This document shows, piece after piece, positions 35,981 to 45,404 of a DNA stretch of 57,357 bases. Origin of the DNA: Treponema sp. (GTDB lineage: Bacteria; Spirochaetota; Spirochaetia; Treponematales; Breznakiellaceae); NCBI GenBank assembly GCA_031258225.1, contig JAIRND010000066.1, positions 1-57,357 on the forward strand. The letters run 5' to 3'. Numbering within the stretch: position 1 is the first letter of the stretch; each line of letters begins with the position of its first letter. Under the pieces are notes generated by a model. The model was given only the letters and a program-made list of their open reading frames with translations. It searched no databases and was not told the origin of the DNA. The position numbers and the translations under genes were made by a program.

Positions 35981-36922
35981 GTGGCGGGTACCGCGCTGTA
36001 CGATCAGTTTTACTCACGGCTCATTGCCCAGGAGCGCCGTTCCCCGCTGACGGCGGAGACGTACCGGACGGAGGCGCGGCGTTTCCTGGACTGGCTTGAC
36101 GCGGAGGGGCTGCAGCCGGCCTCGGTGGATTCTTCCGGTCTGTCCAGGTATCTGGACAGCCGCCGGAAGATAGACCGGATTGATTCCCGGTCCACCGCCA
36201 AGGCGATTTCCGCGCTTAGATCTTTTTTTCGTTTTACGATTGATGAATCGATCAGGGGCGATAATCCGGCCGCTGTTCTGGAAATGCCCCGGCAGCCGCT
36301 TCGCCTGCCGGAGGTGCTTTCCCGGGAAACGGTGGAACGTCTTCTCAACGCGGTAAACAGCGAGACCCCCCTGGGGCTGCGGGACCGGACGATCTTTGAG
36401 CTTATCTATTCGGCGGGTCTCAGGGTTTCCGAGGCGGTGTCTCTGGACCTGCGGGACCTTGAACTGCCCGATCCCGCCTCCGGTACCGCGGAGGGCGGCG
36501 GAATTGCCCGTGTAAAGGGCAAGGGGAACAAGGAGCGCCTGGTGGTTTTTGGGGATATTGCCGCCTTTTGGCTGCGCCGCTATCTAAAAGAATCCCGGCC
36601 GGGACTCGTGAAACATCGCCACAGCCGGGCCCTGTTTGTCGGCCGTTCCGGAAAACGTCTTTCCCGAAAGGGTATATGGAGGAACTATGCCCGCTTTACG
36701 TCTTTGGCGGGGACCAGTTCTCATCTCCACGCGCTTCGGCACAGTTTTGCTACGGAGTTACTTTCCGGCGGGGCGGATCTCCGTTCCGTACAGGCCCTGC
36801 TGGGGCACAGCGATCTGGCGACCACCCAGATCTACACCCATGTGGATGTTTCCCTGCTCCGGGAAAGCCACCGGAAATTCCTGCCCAGGCTGGGAAACGG
36901 GGCGCGGGAGTCCAAGGCGTGA
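35981..36922 (+). CDS. xerD: tyrosine site-specific recombinase XerD
   Basis: LRHSFATELL, LLGHSDLATTQIYTHV. GTG start. Confidence 0.8.
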   Translation: MAGTALYDQFYSRLIAQERRSPLTAETYRTEARRFLDWLDAEGLQPASVDSSGLSRYLDSRRKIDRIDSRSTAKAISALRSFFRFTIDESIRGDNPAAVLEMPRQPLRLPEVLSRETVERLLNAVNSETPLGLRDRTIFELIYSAGLRVSEAVSLDLRDLELPDPASGTAEGGGIARVKGKGNKERLVVFGDIAAFWLRRYLKESRPGLVKHRHSRALFVGRSGKRLSRKGIWRNYARFTSLAGTSSHLHALRHSFATELLSGGADLRSVQALLGHSDLATTQIYTHVDVSLLRESHRKFLPRLGNGARESKA

Positions 36923-37668
36923 AACTAAAACGGGGGACCCTGCCGGGCCTGGTTGTACTGTTCGTGATTGCCGGCGTGATCCTGGGGATCTACCTTGCCG
37001 AGCGGCAGAAAAGCCGTTACGAACTGGCGCGGCGTATCGCGGAACTGAGCCCCCGGGGGGGGACGCCCGTTACGATAGACGGACTCCGCAAGGCCATTGC
37101 CATCTATGCGGAGGCGCTTGAGGAACATGTGCGGGACGCCGCCCAGACCGGTACCTACTGGAAAATACTGGCGGTGCGGCTGGCCGATAAGGGGATGCAC
37201 CGGGACGCGCTGGACGCGCTGGACATGGCGATCCGCTACAACGGGGAGGACCCGACCATCTTTTACCTTACCGGGGTTTCCGCCGCCACGGTGGCGAAAA
37301 ACGCCCTTGGGTTTTCCCAGGCGGGTTTTCAGGCCGAACGGGATCACTACTTTGTTATGGCGGAGCGGGCCTATCTGCGGGCAATTGAACTTGACAGCGC
37401 CTACGCCAAGCCCCGTTATGGTCTGGGGATACTCTACACATTTGAACTGGAACGGCCCGCGGAGGCTATTCCCCGGTTGGAAGAGTACCTGGACTTGATG
37501 AGCCGGGATGTGGACGCCATGTTTGTCCTGGCCCGCGCGTACTATATGACTGATAATTATGAACGGGCGGTGGACCTTTACGACCGTATTGTCGTGTCAA
37601 CGAAGGATACCGTAAAACAGGACGAGGCCCGGAATTACCGGGACTACATCCTGGGGCAGATACGATGA
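36919..37668 (+). CDS. membrane-anchored TPR-repeat protein
   Basis: GTG 36919 forms a GTGA overlap with the xerD stop. TM segment LVVLFVIAGVILGIYL. TPR-like AERAYLRAIELDSAYAKPRYGLG. Confidence 0.6.
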   Translation: MKLKRGTLPGLVVLFVIAGVILGIYLAERQKSRYELARRIAELSPRGGTPVTIDGLRKAIAIYAEALEEHVRDAAQTGTYWKILAVRLADKGMHRDALDALDMAIRYNGEDPTIFYLTGVSAATVAKNALGFSQAGFQAERDHYFVMAERAYLRAIELDSAYAKPRYGLGILYTFELERPAEAIPRLEEYLDLMSRDVDAMFVLARAYYMTDNYERAVDLYDRIVVSTKDTVKQDEARNYRDYILGQIR

Positions 37669-38612
37669 TGGACCGCGGTTTGCTTGATCTGATGATAATC
37701 CGCATCCCGGCCATAAAGCCGGTGGAACGGGCGGAACTTTGCAAAAAACTCCGGGGGGAAGATGACCTGGTCCGCATGTCCGGTTCCGATCTGGAAACCC
37801 TGCTGGGCCGTCCGCTAAAGCGGCATGCCGGTATGGATACGATCCGTTTTGCCGCGGAACAGGATGCCGCGAACGCGCTAAAACGGGGCATCCGTTGGGT
37901 GTCCCTGGTATCCGCCTCCTATCCGCCGCTGCTCCGGGAGATCTACGATCCGCCGGTCCTGCTGTTTTACCGGGGCGCCCTGCCCGACGCGGACAGGCCG
38001 GCGGCGGCCGTTGTGGGAACCCGGAAGCCCGGGGGGGCTGCCCTTAAAGCGGCCTTTGATATAGGCCGTGGTCTTGGGCTTCAGGGTATTTCCGTTGTTT
38101 CGGGCCTTGCCCTGGGCATCGACGCCACGGCCCACCGGGGGAACCTTGAGGGAGGGGGCAGGACCTACGCGGTCCTGGGTTCCGGGGTGGATGAGATATA
38201 CCCCTCCTCCAACCGCCCGCTGGCGCGGAGGATTCTGGAGGGCGGCGGGGGCATTCTTTCGGAGTATCCCCCCGGCACGGAACCCCAGAAGTGGCATTTC
38301 CCCGCCCGGAACCGGATCATCTCCGCTATGGTCCGGGGGACTCTGATTGTGGAGGCCCCCGCCGCGTCGGGGGCGCTGATAACCGCCCGCTTTGCCCTGG
38401 AACACGGCCGGGATCTGTGGGTTTCATCGGCGGGCCTGGGGGCCGCGGGGACCGCCCGTTTGGCGGGGGAGGGGGCTAAAATCATCGCTTCCGCTTCTGA
38501 TATAGTACGTGAATGGGCCATCGCGGAACAGGCGGAACAAGTGGAAGACCGGGGCGCTTCCATCGGCAGAACCCTTGCCGATTCCCTGGCCCGGCGCCTG
38601 GCGATACGGTGA
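37665..38612 (+). CDS. dprA: DNA-processing protein DprA (Smf)
   Basis: GLALGIDATAHRG, AVLGSGVDEIYP, FPARNRIISA, GALITARFALEHGRD. Confidence 0.9.
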   Translation: MMDRGLLDLMIIRIPAIKPVERAELCKKLRGEDDLVRMSGSDLETLLGRPLKRHAGMDTIRFAAEQDAANALKRGIRWVSLVSASYPPLLREIYDPPVLLFYRGALPDADRPAAAVVGTRKPGGAALKAAFDIGRGLGLQGISVVSGLALGIDATAHRGNLEGGGRTYAVLGSGVDEIYPSSNRPLARRILEGGGGILSEYPPGTEPQKWHFPARNRIISAMVRGTLIVEAPAASGALITARFALEHGRDLWVSSAGLGAAGTARLAGEGAKIIASASDIVREWAIAEQAEQVEDRGASIGRTLADSLARRLAIR

Positions 38613-38646
38613 GGTTCCGCGCGCGGCGGTTTGTAAGGAAAAACGA

Positions 38647-38721
38647 ATGACTGTGAAGGCAATGACTGTGAAGGCAATGACTGTAAAGGCAATGACTGTG
38701 AAGGCAATGACTGTGAAGGCA
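38647..38721 (+). repeat. 5 x 15-bp perfect-register tandem repeat (ATGACTGTGAAGGCA), each unit starting with an in-frame ATG
   Basis: Units at 38647, 38662, 38677 (one synonymous G to A), 38692 and 38707. They encode (MTVKA)x5 at the topA N-terminus. Confidence 0.95.
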
Positions 38722-40917
38722 GAGAATAGCGATAAAGCTGAAAACTCCAAGCCCAAGGCGGTACGGCGCGGTGTCCGTAAGAAGCCCGGCAAAAAGCCGG
38801 AGAAAAAGACCCTTATCATCATGGAATCCCCCCACAAGGCGGAAACCGTTCAGAAGATACTGGGTTCAGACTACACCGTAAAGGCCTGTATCGGCCATTT
38901 AATCGATTTACCCAAGTCCCGGCTTGCCATTGACGTGGATCACAACTTTGAGCCTGAGTATATCACCGTCCGGGGACGTTCAAAACTTTTGAAGGAACTG
39001 CAGGGGGACGCGAAAAAATCCGGCATGGTTCTCCTGGCCAGCGACCCGGACCGGGAGGGGGAGGCCATTGCCTGGCACCTTAAAAACGCCATTGCCGCGA
39101 AGACCGACAAGGTTCCGGTCCGGCGGATCAGCATCAACGAGATTACCCCCCAGGTTGTCCGGGACGCGGTAATAAAACCCCAGGATATTAACGAGGACCT
39201 TGTAAACGCCCAAAAAGCCCGGCGGGTGCTGGATCGCCTGGTGGGGTACAACCTTTCACCGCTGTTGTGGAAAAAAGTGAAAAACGGCCTGTCTGCGGGA
39301 CGGGTACAGTCCGTGGCCCTGCGGATAATCTGCGAACGGGAGAAGGAGGTGGAATCCTTTATCCCGGAAGAGTACTGGACTCTGGACGCGGACTTCAGGC
39401 TTGGGCGTTCCGCGTTTACCGCCCAACTGGTCAGTTGGCGGGGGGCCAAGCCGGAATTGAAAACTGAAGAAGCGGTCAATAAGATCATCGCCGAGATTAA
39501 ACATGCCGATTGTGTGGTCGGGGAAATCCGGGAGACCGACAGGATCGTGCGGCCCCGGGCCCCGTTTACCACCAGCCAGATGCAGCAGACCGCGGCCAAC
39601 CGTCTGGGCTTTACGGCCCGTAAGACGATGCAGGTGGCCCAGCAGTTGTACGAGGGGATCAACATCGGCGCCTCCCGGGTGGGGCTTATCACCTACATGC
39701 GTACTGACTCGGTGCGCGTATCCCAAACCGCCCTGGCGGAGCTGCGGGACTGGCTGGGTAAAAACTACCCCGGCGACTTTCCCGAAACGCCGAACGAATA
39801 CTCGGTGGGGAAAAAGGCCCAGGACGCCCACGAGGCGATCCGGCCCACGTTTGTGGACTACACCCCCGACTCGGTAAAGGAGTACCTTAGCCGGGATCAA
39901 CTGCGGCTCTATACGATTATCTGGGAACGGTTTGTTTCCAGCCAGATGAACAACGCCAAAAACCGGTCCCTGAGCGCCGATATTGCCGCGGGGGAGGCCC
40001 TGTTCAGGATCACGGGGACCAAACTTATCGAGCGGGGATTCTACAAGGTTATCAAGCTGCTCTCCGGCAAGGAGGAACAGGGTAATCCCTACCCCTCCCT
40101 TAAAACCGGGGACACGGTAAAGATGGACAAGTTCTACCCCGACCAGCATTTTACCCAGGGGCCGCCCCGCTATACCGACGCGTCCATCGTGCGGGTTCTG
40201 GAGGAAAAAGGCATAGGCCGGCCCTCCACCTACGCGCCGATTATTTCGGTGCTTCTGGACCGTTACTACGTAACACGTTCCAATAAACAACTGGTTCCCA
40301 CGGTTTTGGGCAGACTGATAAATGACATGCTGGTGGAGTATTTTCCCCACTATGTTGACGCCGCCTTTACCGCCGACATGGAAAACAAACTTGACAAGGT
40401 GGAAGATAACGCCATTCAGTGGCCGGACATGATCCGGGAATTCTGGGACCCCTTTAAGGACCGCCTGGACAATGTGGGAAAGACCCTGGAATCCTACAAG
40501 GGATCGCTGGACGAGCCCACCGATTATGTCTGCGAAAAATGCGGCAAGCCCATGCTGAAAAAGCTGGGCCGCTTTGGGTTCTTCCTTGCCTGTTCCGGTT
40601 TTCCTGAGTGCAGGAATACTAAATCCATACCGCTGGCAACGTGTCCCAAGTGCGGGGGCGACGTTGTGGCCCGGAAGAACCGGGGCCGGGGCAGGGAATT
40701 CTACGGCTGCGTGAATTATCCGGCCTGCGATTTTATCAGCCACTACAAACCCATCAACCAGAATTGCCCCAAATGCGGTCAGTTCCTGGTGGAAAAGTAC
40801 GACAAAAAGAACGGGTACCATAAGGCGTGTATCAACCCGGATTGTGATTACCTTCATAGTGAGGAAGATGAGGTGGAGGGCCCCGGGCCGGGGGAAGGCG
40901 GTGAACATGAAGAATAA
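38647..40917 (+). CDS. topA: DNA topoisomerase I
   Basis: Toprim LIIMESPHKAETV, ASDPDREGEAIAWH, active-site region GLITYMRTDS, and C-terminal Cys4 zinc ribbons. Start placed at the first repeat ATG (AAGGA at 38635-38639). ORF-track start 38509 overlaps dprA and is rejected. Confidence 0.93.
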   Translation: MTVKAMTVKAMTVKAMTVKAMTVKAENSDKAENSKPKAVRRGVRKKPGKKPEKKTLIIMESPHKAETVQKILGSDYTVKACIGHLIDLPKSRLAIDVDHNFEPEYITVRGRSKLLKELQGDAKKSGMVLLASDPDREGEAIAWHLKNAIAAKTDKVPVRRISINEITPQVVRDAVIKPQDINEDLVNAQKARRVLDRLVGYNLSPLLWKKVKNGLSAGRVQSVALRIICEREKEVESFIPEEYWTLDADFRLGRSAFTAQLVSWRGAKPELKTEEAVNKIIAEIKHADCVVGEIRETDRIVRPRAPFTTSQMQQTAANRLGFTARKTMQVAQQLYEGINIGASRVGLITYMRTDSVRVSQTALAELRDWLGKNYPGDFPETPNEYSVGKKAQDAHEAIRPTFVDYTPDSVKEYLSRDQLRLYTIIWERFVSSQMNNAKNRSLSADIAAGEALFRITGTKLIERGFYKVIKLLSGKEEQGNPYPSLKTGDTVKMDKFYPDQHFTQGPPRYTDASIVRVLEEKGIGRPSTYAPIISVLLDRYYVTRSNKQLVPTVLGRLINDMLVEYFPHYVDAAFTADMENKLDKVEDNAIQWPDMIREFWDPFKDRLDNVGKTLESYKGSLDEPTDYVCEKCGKPMLKKLGRFGFFLACSGFPECRNTKSIPLATCPKCGGDVVARKNRGRGREFYGCVNYPACDFISHYKPINQNCPKCGQFLVEKYDKKNGYHKACINPDCDYLHSEEDEVEGPGPGEGGEHEE

Positions 40918-41848
40918 AGCGGCGGGGGGTACGGATTTTCCCGTTGCGGAAGACTGTCCCGCCGTAATGCGGGAGTACCTTTCCTATTTGAAGGCGGTGC
41001 GGGGGGTTTCCGACAGGACCATTGAAGCCTATGGGAAGGACCTTTCCCATTTTGCCGCCTATTGCCTCAACTTCGCGCTGGATCCGGAAAAACTGGATAC
41101 CAAGGAACTGCGGGGCTTTATCGCCGATCAGAGCGCGGAAGGGGCCGCCGCGGTAAGCGTGAACCGGGCCCTGTCTTCCATCCGGGGATTTTACCGCTGG
41201 ATGGTCCGCTTTGGCCGCCGGCAGAATAACCCCTGCGATACCCTGCGGAACCTCAAGAGCCCCCGGAACCTGCCCAGCTTTCTCTGGGAACCGGAAATGG
41301 CCCGTTTCGCCGTACTGCCGGAAACCGCGGGGATCCTGTGGCCCTCCCGGGACAAGGCCCTGATCCTGACCATGTATTCGGCGGGGCTGCGTATTTCCGA
41401 ACTGGTCTCCCTTTCCCTTTCCAAACTTGAACCCGATTTTGGGGGCGCCCGCGTTATCGGCAAGGGGAACAAAGAGCGGTTTGTGTTCTTTTCCGACGAG
41501 GCGCGGGAGGCGCTGTCAATCTACCTGCCGGAACGGGAAAATCGAATCAAGGCGGACGGGAAACAGCCTGTGGACCGGGTCTTTGTCAACCGTAACGGCG
41601 GGGCAATCTCGGTTCCCGGCGTGCGGTGGATCATCGCCAGATACGCGGAGCGTTCCGGTTTGGGAAAGCGTATCCATCCGCATAGCCTGCGCCACAGTTT
41701 TGCCACCCATTTGGTCAATTCAGGCTGCGATGTACGGGTGGTACAGGAACTGCTGGGCCATGCCAGTCTTTCCACGACCCAGCGTTACACCCATGTGGAT
41801 ATTGAGCGGCTCAAGAAGGTCTACGCAAAGGCGCATCCTCATGGCTAG
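40907..41848 (+). CDS. xerC: tyrosine site-specific recombinase XerC
   Basis: LRHSFATHLV, LLGHASLSTTQRYTHVDIERLKKVYAKAHP. Confidence 0.8.
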   Translation: MKNKAAGGTDFPVAEDCPAVMREYLSYLKAVRGVSDRTIEAYGKDLSHFAAYCLNFALDPEKLDTKELRGFIADQSAEGAAAVSVNRALSSIRGFYRWMVRFGRRQNNPCDTLRNLKSPRNLPSFLWEPEMARFAVLPETAGILWPSRDKALILTMYSAGLRISELVSLSLSKLEPDFGGARVIGKGNKERFVFFSDEAREALSIYLPERENRIKADGKQPVDRVFVNRNGGAISVPGVRWIIARYAERSGLGKRIHPHSLRHSFATHLVNSGCDVRVVQELLGHASLSTTQRYTHVDIERLKKVYAKAHPHG

Positions 41849-41872
41849 TTTGAGTGGGGCAAGGAGTAAGAA

Positions 41873-42418
41873 GTGAAACACGACAAGGAAGTACGGTCCA
41901 CAACGGTACTGGCGGTGCGCCGTAACGGTAAAGTGGCGATGGCCGGAGACGGCCAGGTAACGATGGGGGAGACGGTGATGAAGAACAACGCCCGCAAGGT
42001 ACGCCGTCTGGCGGAGGGTAAAGTCCTCTGCGGCTTCGCCGGGGCCACCGCCGACGCCTTTACGCTGTTCGACCGCTTCGAGGAAAAACTCAAGGAGTAC
42101 TCCGGGGACCTCCGCAGGGGGGCGGTGGAGCTTGCCAAAGAGTGGCGGACCGACCGGACCCTGCGGCGTCTGGAAGCCCTGCTCCTGGCGGCGGATGTGA
42201 ACGCCACCCTTCTGATATCGGGAACGGGGGATGTGATTGAACCGGAGGATGACGCCCTTGCCATCGGATCGGGGGGGAACTACGCCTACGCCGCGGCCCT
42301 GGCCTTTCTTGAGGGGAGCGCCTTGTCCGCCGCGGAGATTGCGGAAAAGAGCCTTGCCATCGCGGGGACCATCTGTATCTACACCAACAACCGGATCGTG
42401 GTTGAGGAATTGTCATAA
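41873..42418 (+). CDS. hslV: ATP-dependent protease subunit HslV
   Basis: [29 protein letters not shown]. Confidence 0.93.
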   Translation: MKHDKEVRSTTVLAVRRNGKVAMAGDGQVTMGETVMKNNARKVRRLAEGKVLCGFAGATADAFTLFDRFEEKLKEYSGDLRRGAVELAKEWRTDRTLRRLEALLLAADVNATLLISGTGDVIEPEDDALAIGSGGNYAYAAALAFLEGSALSAAEIAEKSLAIAGTICIYTNNRIVVEELS

Positions 42419-43962
42419 TGGGGGACCAGATCATGAAGGAAGACAGGACCGGCGTGGACAAGTCGCTTTTGCGCGGGGAAGAGTATTCGCCCCGGCAGAT
42501 CGTGGCGGAACTGGACAAGTACATTGTGGGGCAGAAGAAGGCCAAGCGCGCGGTGGCGGTGGCCCTGAGAAACCGGGTTAGGCGGTTAAAATTGGAAGCG
42601 GACATGAAGGAAGACATTACCCCCAAGAACATCCTCATGATCGGTCCCACCGGAGTGGGAAAGACCGAGATTGCCCGCCGGCTTGCCAAGCTGGTCCTCT
42701 CCCCGTTTATCAAGGTGGAGGCCACCAAGTATACCGAAGTGGGCTATGTGGGGCGGGATGTGGAATCCATGATCCGGGATCTCGCCGCCGTGAGTTTCCA
42801 GATGGTGAAACAGGAGATGCGGGAAAAGGTAAAGGTGGAGGCGGAAAAGAGGGCGGAGGAGTCCCTGCTGGATCTCCTGCTGCCGCTGCCGGGCAAGAAA
42901 CCCCGGGATTCCAAGTCCAAACCCGCTTCAATGGTTCGCCCCTTTTCCATCAACAACCCCGGGCAGCCGGGGATCATGGGGGCCGCCATTCAGGTGGGGT
43001 TTCCCATTACGCGGCAGTCCCTGGACAAGGAAAAACCCGCCGGGGAGGAAGCTGAAACGGTGGAGACGGAATCCCCCGCGAAAGACAACGCCACACGGGA
43101 AAAACTCAGGGTCATGCTTAGGGAGGGAAAACTTGAGGACCGTACCGTGGAAATTTCGGTAAGCCAGACCCCCCAGTTCCCCGGCATGGACATGATGGCC
43201 GGCATGGGCGAATTTGGGACCGGTATTTCCGAACTGGTAAATGTCCTGGGGGGGAGTCAGAAGAACAAGGTTCTCAGCGTTAAGCGGGCCCGTGAGGTCC
43301 TGATCAACGAGGAGGCGGAGAAACTTATCGACTGGGACAGGGCCGGCGACGAAGCCCGGCAGCGGGTGGAGGAGACGGGCATTGTCTTTATCGACGAGAT
43401 CGACAAGATAGCGGTCAAGGGCCAGCGGGGCGGCGGTCCGGACGTAAGCCGCGAGGGAGTCCAGAGGGATATCCTTCCCATTGTGGAAGGGGCCACGGTG
43501 AATACCAAGTGGGGGCCCGTCGATACCAGCCATATTCTCTTTATCGCCGCGGGGGCCTTTAACGTCAGCAAGCCTTCGGACCTTATCCCCGAACTACAGG
43601 GCCGGTTTCCCCTGAGGGTGGAACTGGATTCCCTGGGGGAGGAGGACTTTTTGCGGATACTTACGGAACCCAAGAACGCACTGACCAAACAGTACGTCGC
43701 CCTCCTTGCCACCGAGGGCGTCGAGATCAATTTTAGCCCCGACGCGATAAAGCGGCTCGCGTCCCTGGCGGCGGATGTAAATTCCAGACTTGAAAACATC
43801 GGGGCCCGCAGGCTCCACACGATCATGGAAACCCTGTTGGAGGAGATTTCCTTTGAGGCATCGGACATGGGGCCGTCGGTACTATCCATTACCCCGGAGT
43901 ATGTCGATGAAAAACTTGCCGAGGTGGTAAAAGATCAGGATTTGGGCAGGTACATCCTCTAA
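42418..43962 (+). CDS. hslU: ATP-dependent protease ATPase subunit HslU
   Basis: GPTGVGKTEIARRLA, IVFIDEIDKI, RFPLRVEL. Confidence 0.95.
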   Translation: MGDQIMKEDRTGVDKSLLRGEEYSPRQIVAELDKYIVGQKKAKRAVAVALRNRVRRLKLEADMKEDITPKNILMIGPTGVGKTEIARRLAKLVLSPFIKVEATKYTEVGYVGRDVESMIRDLAAVSFQMVKQEMREKVKVEAEKRAEESLLDLLLPLPGKKPRDSKSKPASMVRPFSINNPGQPGIMGAAIQVGFPITRQSLDKEKPAGEEAETVETESPAKDNATREKLRVMLREGKLEDRTVEISVSQTPQFPGMDMMAGMGEFGTGISELVNVLGGSQKNKVLSVKRAREVLINEEAEKLIDWDRAGDEARQRVEETGIVFIDEIDKIAVKGQRGGGPDVSREGVQRDILPIVEGATVNTKWGPVDTSHILFIAAGAFNVSKPSDLIPELQGRFPLRVELDSLGEEDFLRILTEPKNALTKQYVALLATEGVEINFSPDAIKRLASLAADVNSRLENIGARRLHTIMETLLEEISFEASDMGPSVLSITPEYVDEKLAEVVKDQDLGRYIL

Positions 43963-44008
43963 ATCCGGATGGAAAAGGAACCGATGATCAGAGGGGAGGG
44001 TCGGAACC

Positions 44009-44425
44009 ATGATATCGAACAATTTTGAAAAGACGGTAGATCTGCTGCACCGGGCTATGGACGCCAGCCTGATCCGCCGGGATGTAATTGCCCACAACAT
44101 GAGCAATGCCCAGGTTCCCAATTACAAGCGGCAGATCGTAAATTTCGAGTCCGAATTGAAACGGGCCCTGGATACCGAGCGGGAAAGGCCGGCCCTGGAA
44201 CTCAACCTTACCGATCCGCGCCACATTCCCAACTGGCGGGAACGTGATTACCGGGACGTGGAGCCCCGGCGGGTGTTGGACTACACCAGCACCTACAACA
44301 ACAACGGAAACAATGTGGACCCCGAACAGGAACTGACCGCCGCCCTGGAGAATCAGATGAGCTATACGCTGTTGACCCAGGCCGCGGCCTTTGAATTCGA
44401 TCAGATAAGCCGGGCCCTGCGCTAG
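44009..44425 (+). CDS. flgB: flagellar basal-body rod protein FlgB
   Basis: NMSNAQVPNYKR; position and size fit FlgB. Confidence 0.9.
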   Translation: MISNNFEKTVDLLHRAMDASLIRRDVIAHNMSNAQVPNYKRQIVNFESELKRALDTERERPALELNLTDPRHIPNWRERDYRDVEPRRVLDYTSTYNNNGNNVDPEQELTAALENQMSYTLLTQAAAFEFDQISRALR

Positions 44426-44444
44426 GCGCTAAGGAGGGGCAGTT

Positions 44445-44906
44445 ATGGGAATTTTCAGTTCAATCAGCATCGCCGCCACGGGGATGAGCGCCGAACGGCT
44501 CCGCCACGATGTGATCGCGGACAATATCGCCAACGTGTCCACCACCCGTACCAGCGAAGGGGGGCCTTACCGCCGCAGCCGCGTGATCATGCGGCCCATC
44601 ACCGAAGGTCCCTACTGGCGTTCCCCCTTCCTGCCGGATTCCCTTGACAACGGCAAGGGAAAAGGCGTAAGGGTGTTAGAGATACAAAAGGACACCGCGT
44701 CGGAGAACAAGCTGGTCTACGATCCAACTCATCCGGACGCGATTAAGTCGGGACCCAGGGCGGGTTATGTGGAAATGCCCAACGTGGATATCGTTACCGA
44801 GATGGTCGATCTAATTGCCGCGGGCCGCGCTTACGAGGCCAACGCGTCGATCATCGACGGTTCTAAATCCATGTTTCAACGGGCCCTTGAAATAGGGAAC
44901 CGCTAG
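44445..44906 (+). CDS. flgC: flagellar basal-body rod protein FlgC
   Basis: IAATGMSAERLRHDVIADNIANVSTT, RAYEANASII. Confidence 0.93.
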   Translation: MGIFSSISIAATGMSAERLRHDVIADNIANVSTTRTSEGGPYRRSRVIMRPITEGPYWRSPFLPDSLDNGKGKGVRVLEIQKDTASENKLVYDPTHPDAIKSGPRAGYVEMPNVDIVTEMVDLIAAGRAYEANASIIDGSKSMFQRALEIGNR

Positions 44907-44940
44907 CAGTTTGTTGTAATAGGGGAAACGGAGGGAGACT

Positions 44941-45348
44941 ATGACGATGACAAGTATTGATTCCGGCTACCTGGCCGCCCAGCAGACCGGCTATCTGGAC
45001 ATGAAACTTACCCACGCGAAGCACCTGACGGCGGACGCCTTTACGCGGGCGGGAGGTTTTACCGGACAGGTTGGGGAAAGCGTTATCGGCCTTGAAGAAA
45101 TTACCGGCGCGGGGGCGGTAACCAGGGCGGGCACCTTTGAGCAGGCCATGCTTGAGGCCCTGGATCAGGTGTCGGTTATGGATGTCTTTGCCTCCGAACT
45201 GGCGCAAAAGGCCATTACCGAGCCTGAGTCGGTTGACGTTCACGATATCACCATCGCTCAGGCCAAGGCGGGCATGGCTCTGGACATTAGCCGCAATATT
45301 TTGAGCCGCCTTGTACAGGGCTGGAAAGATATCATCAATACACGGTGA
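44941..45348 (+). CDS. fliE: flagellar hook-basal body protein FliE (long N-terminus)
   Basis: The C-terminus (ITIAQAKAGMALDISRNILSRLVQGWKDIIN) is FliE-like. Sits between flgC and fliF. Confidence 0.75.
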   Translation: MTMTSIDSGYLAAQQTGYLDMKLTHAKHLTADAFTRAGGFTGQVGESVIGLEEITGAGAVTRAGTFEQAMLEALDQVSVMDVFASELAQKAITEPESVDVHDITIAQAKAGMALDISRNILSRLVQGWKDIINTR

Positions 45349-45404
45349 TAGACACGGAGACAGATAAAAACTTACGGTAGAGCCGTACATATCCGGGGGG
45401 GAAT

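Noticed and set aside
36568-36918. Long N-terminal extension of the TPR-protein ORF overlapping xerD in another frame. Similar extensions occur at 14120-14233, 16174-16341, 31291-31353, 38509-38646, 40844-40906 and 54619-54723.
   Set aside because: The extensions overlap well-supported upstream genes and lack sensible sequence. Internal starts give signal peptides, TM segments or canonical N-termini, usually with an RBS or a coupling overlap.
38647-38721. Possible CRISPR array or minisatellite outside coding sequence.
   Set aside because: The units are directly adjacent with no spacers, 15 bp long and in frame with topA. This is a coding tandem repeat, not a CRISPR.
39256-40908. 550-aa ORF antisense to topA. 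Similar long antisense ORFs occur at 5656-6624, 6919-8088, 8218-9276, 28572-30131, 32648-33784, 33789-34775, 46179-47549 and 48360-49379.
   Set aside because: Each lies opposite a gene with unmistakable family motifs. Their translations are Gly/Pro/Arg-rich with no motifs, as expected for shadow ORFs in GC-rich coding DNA.
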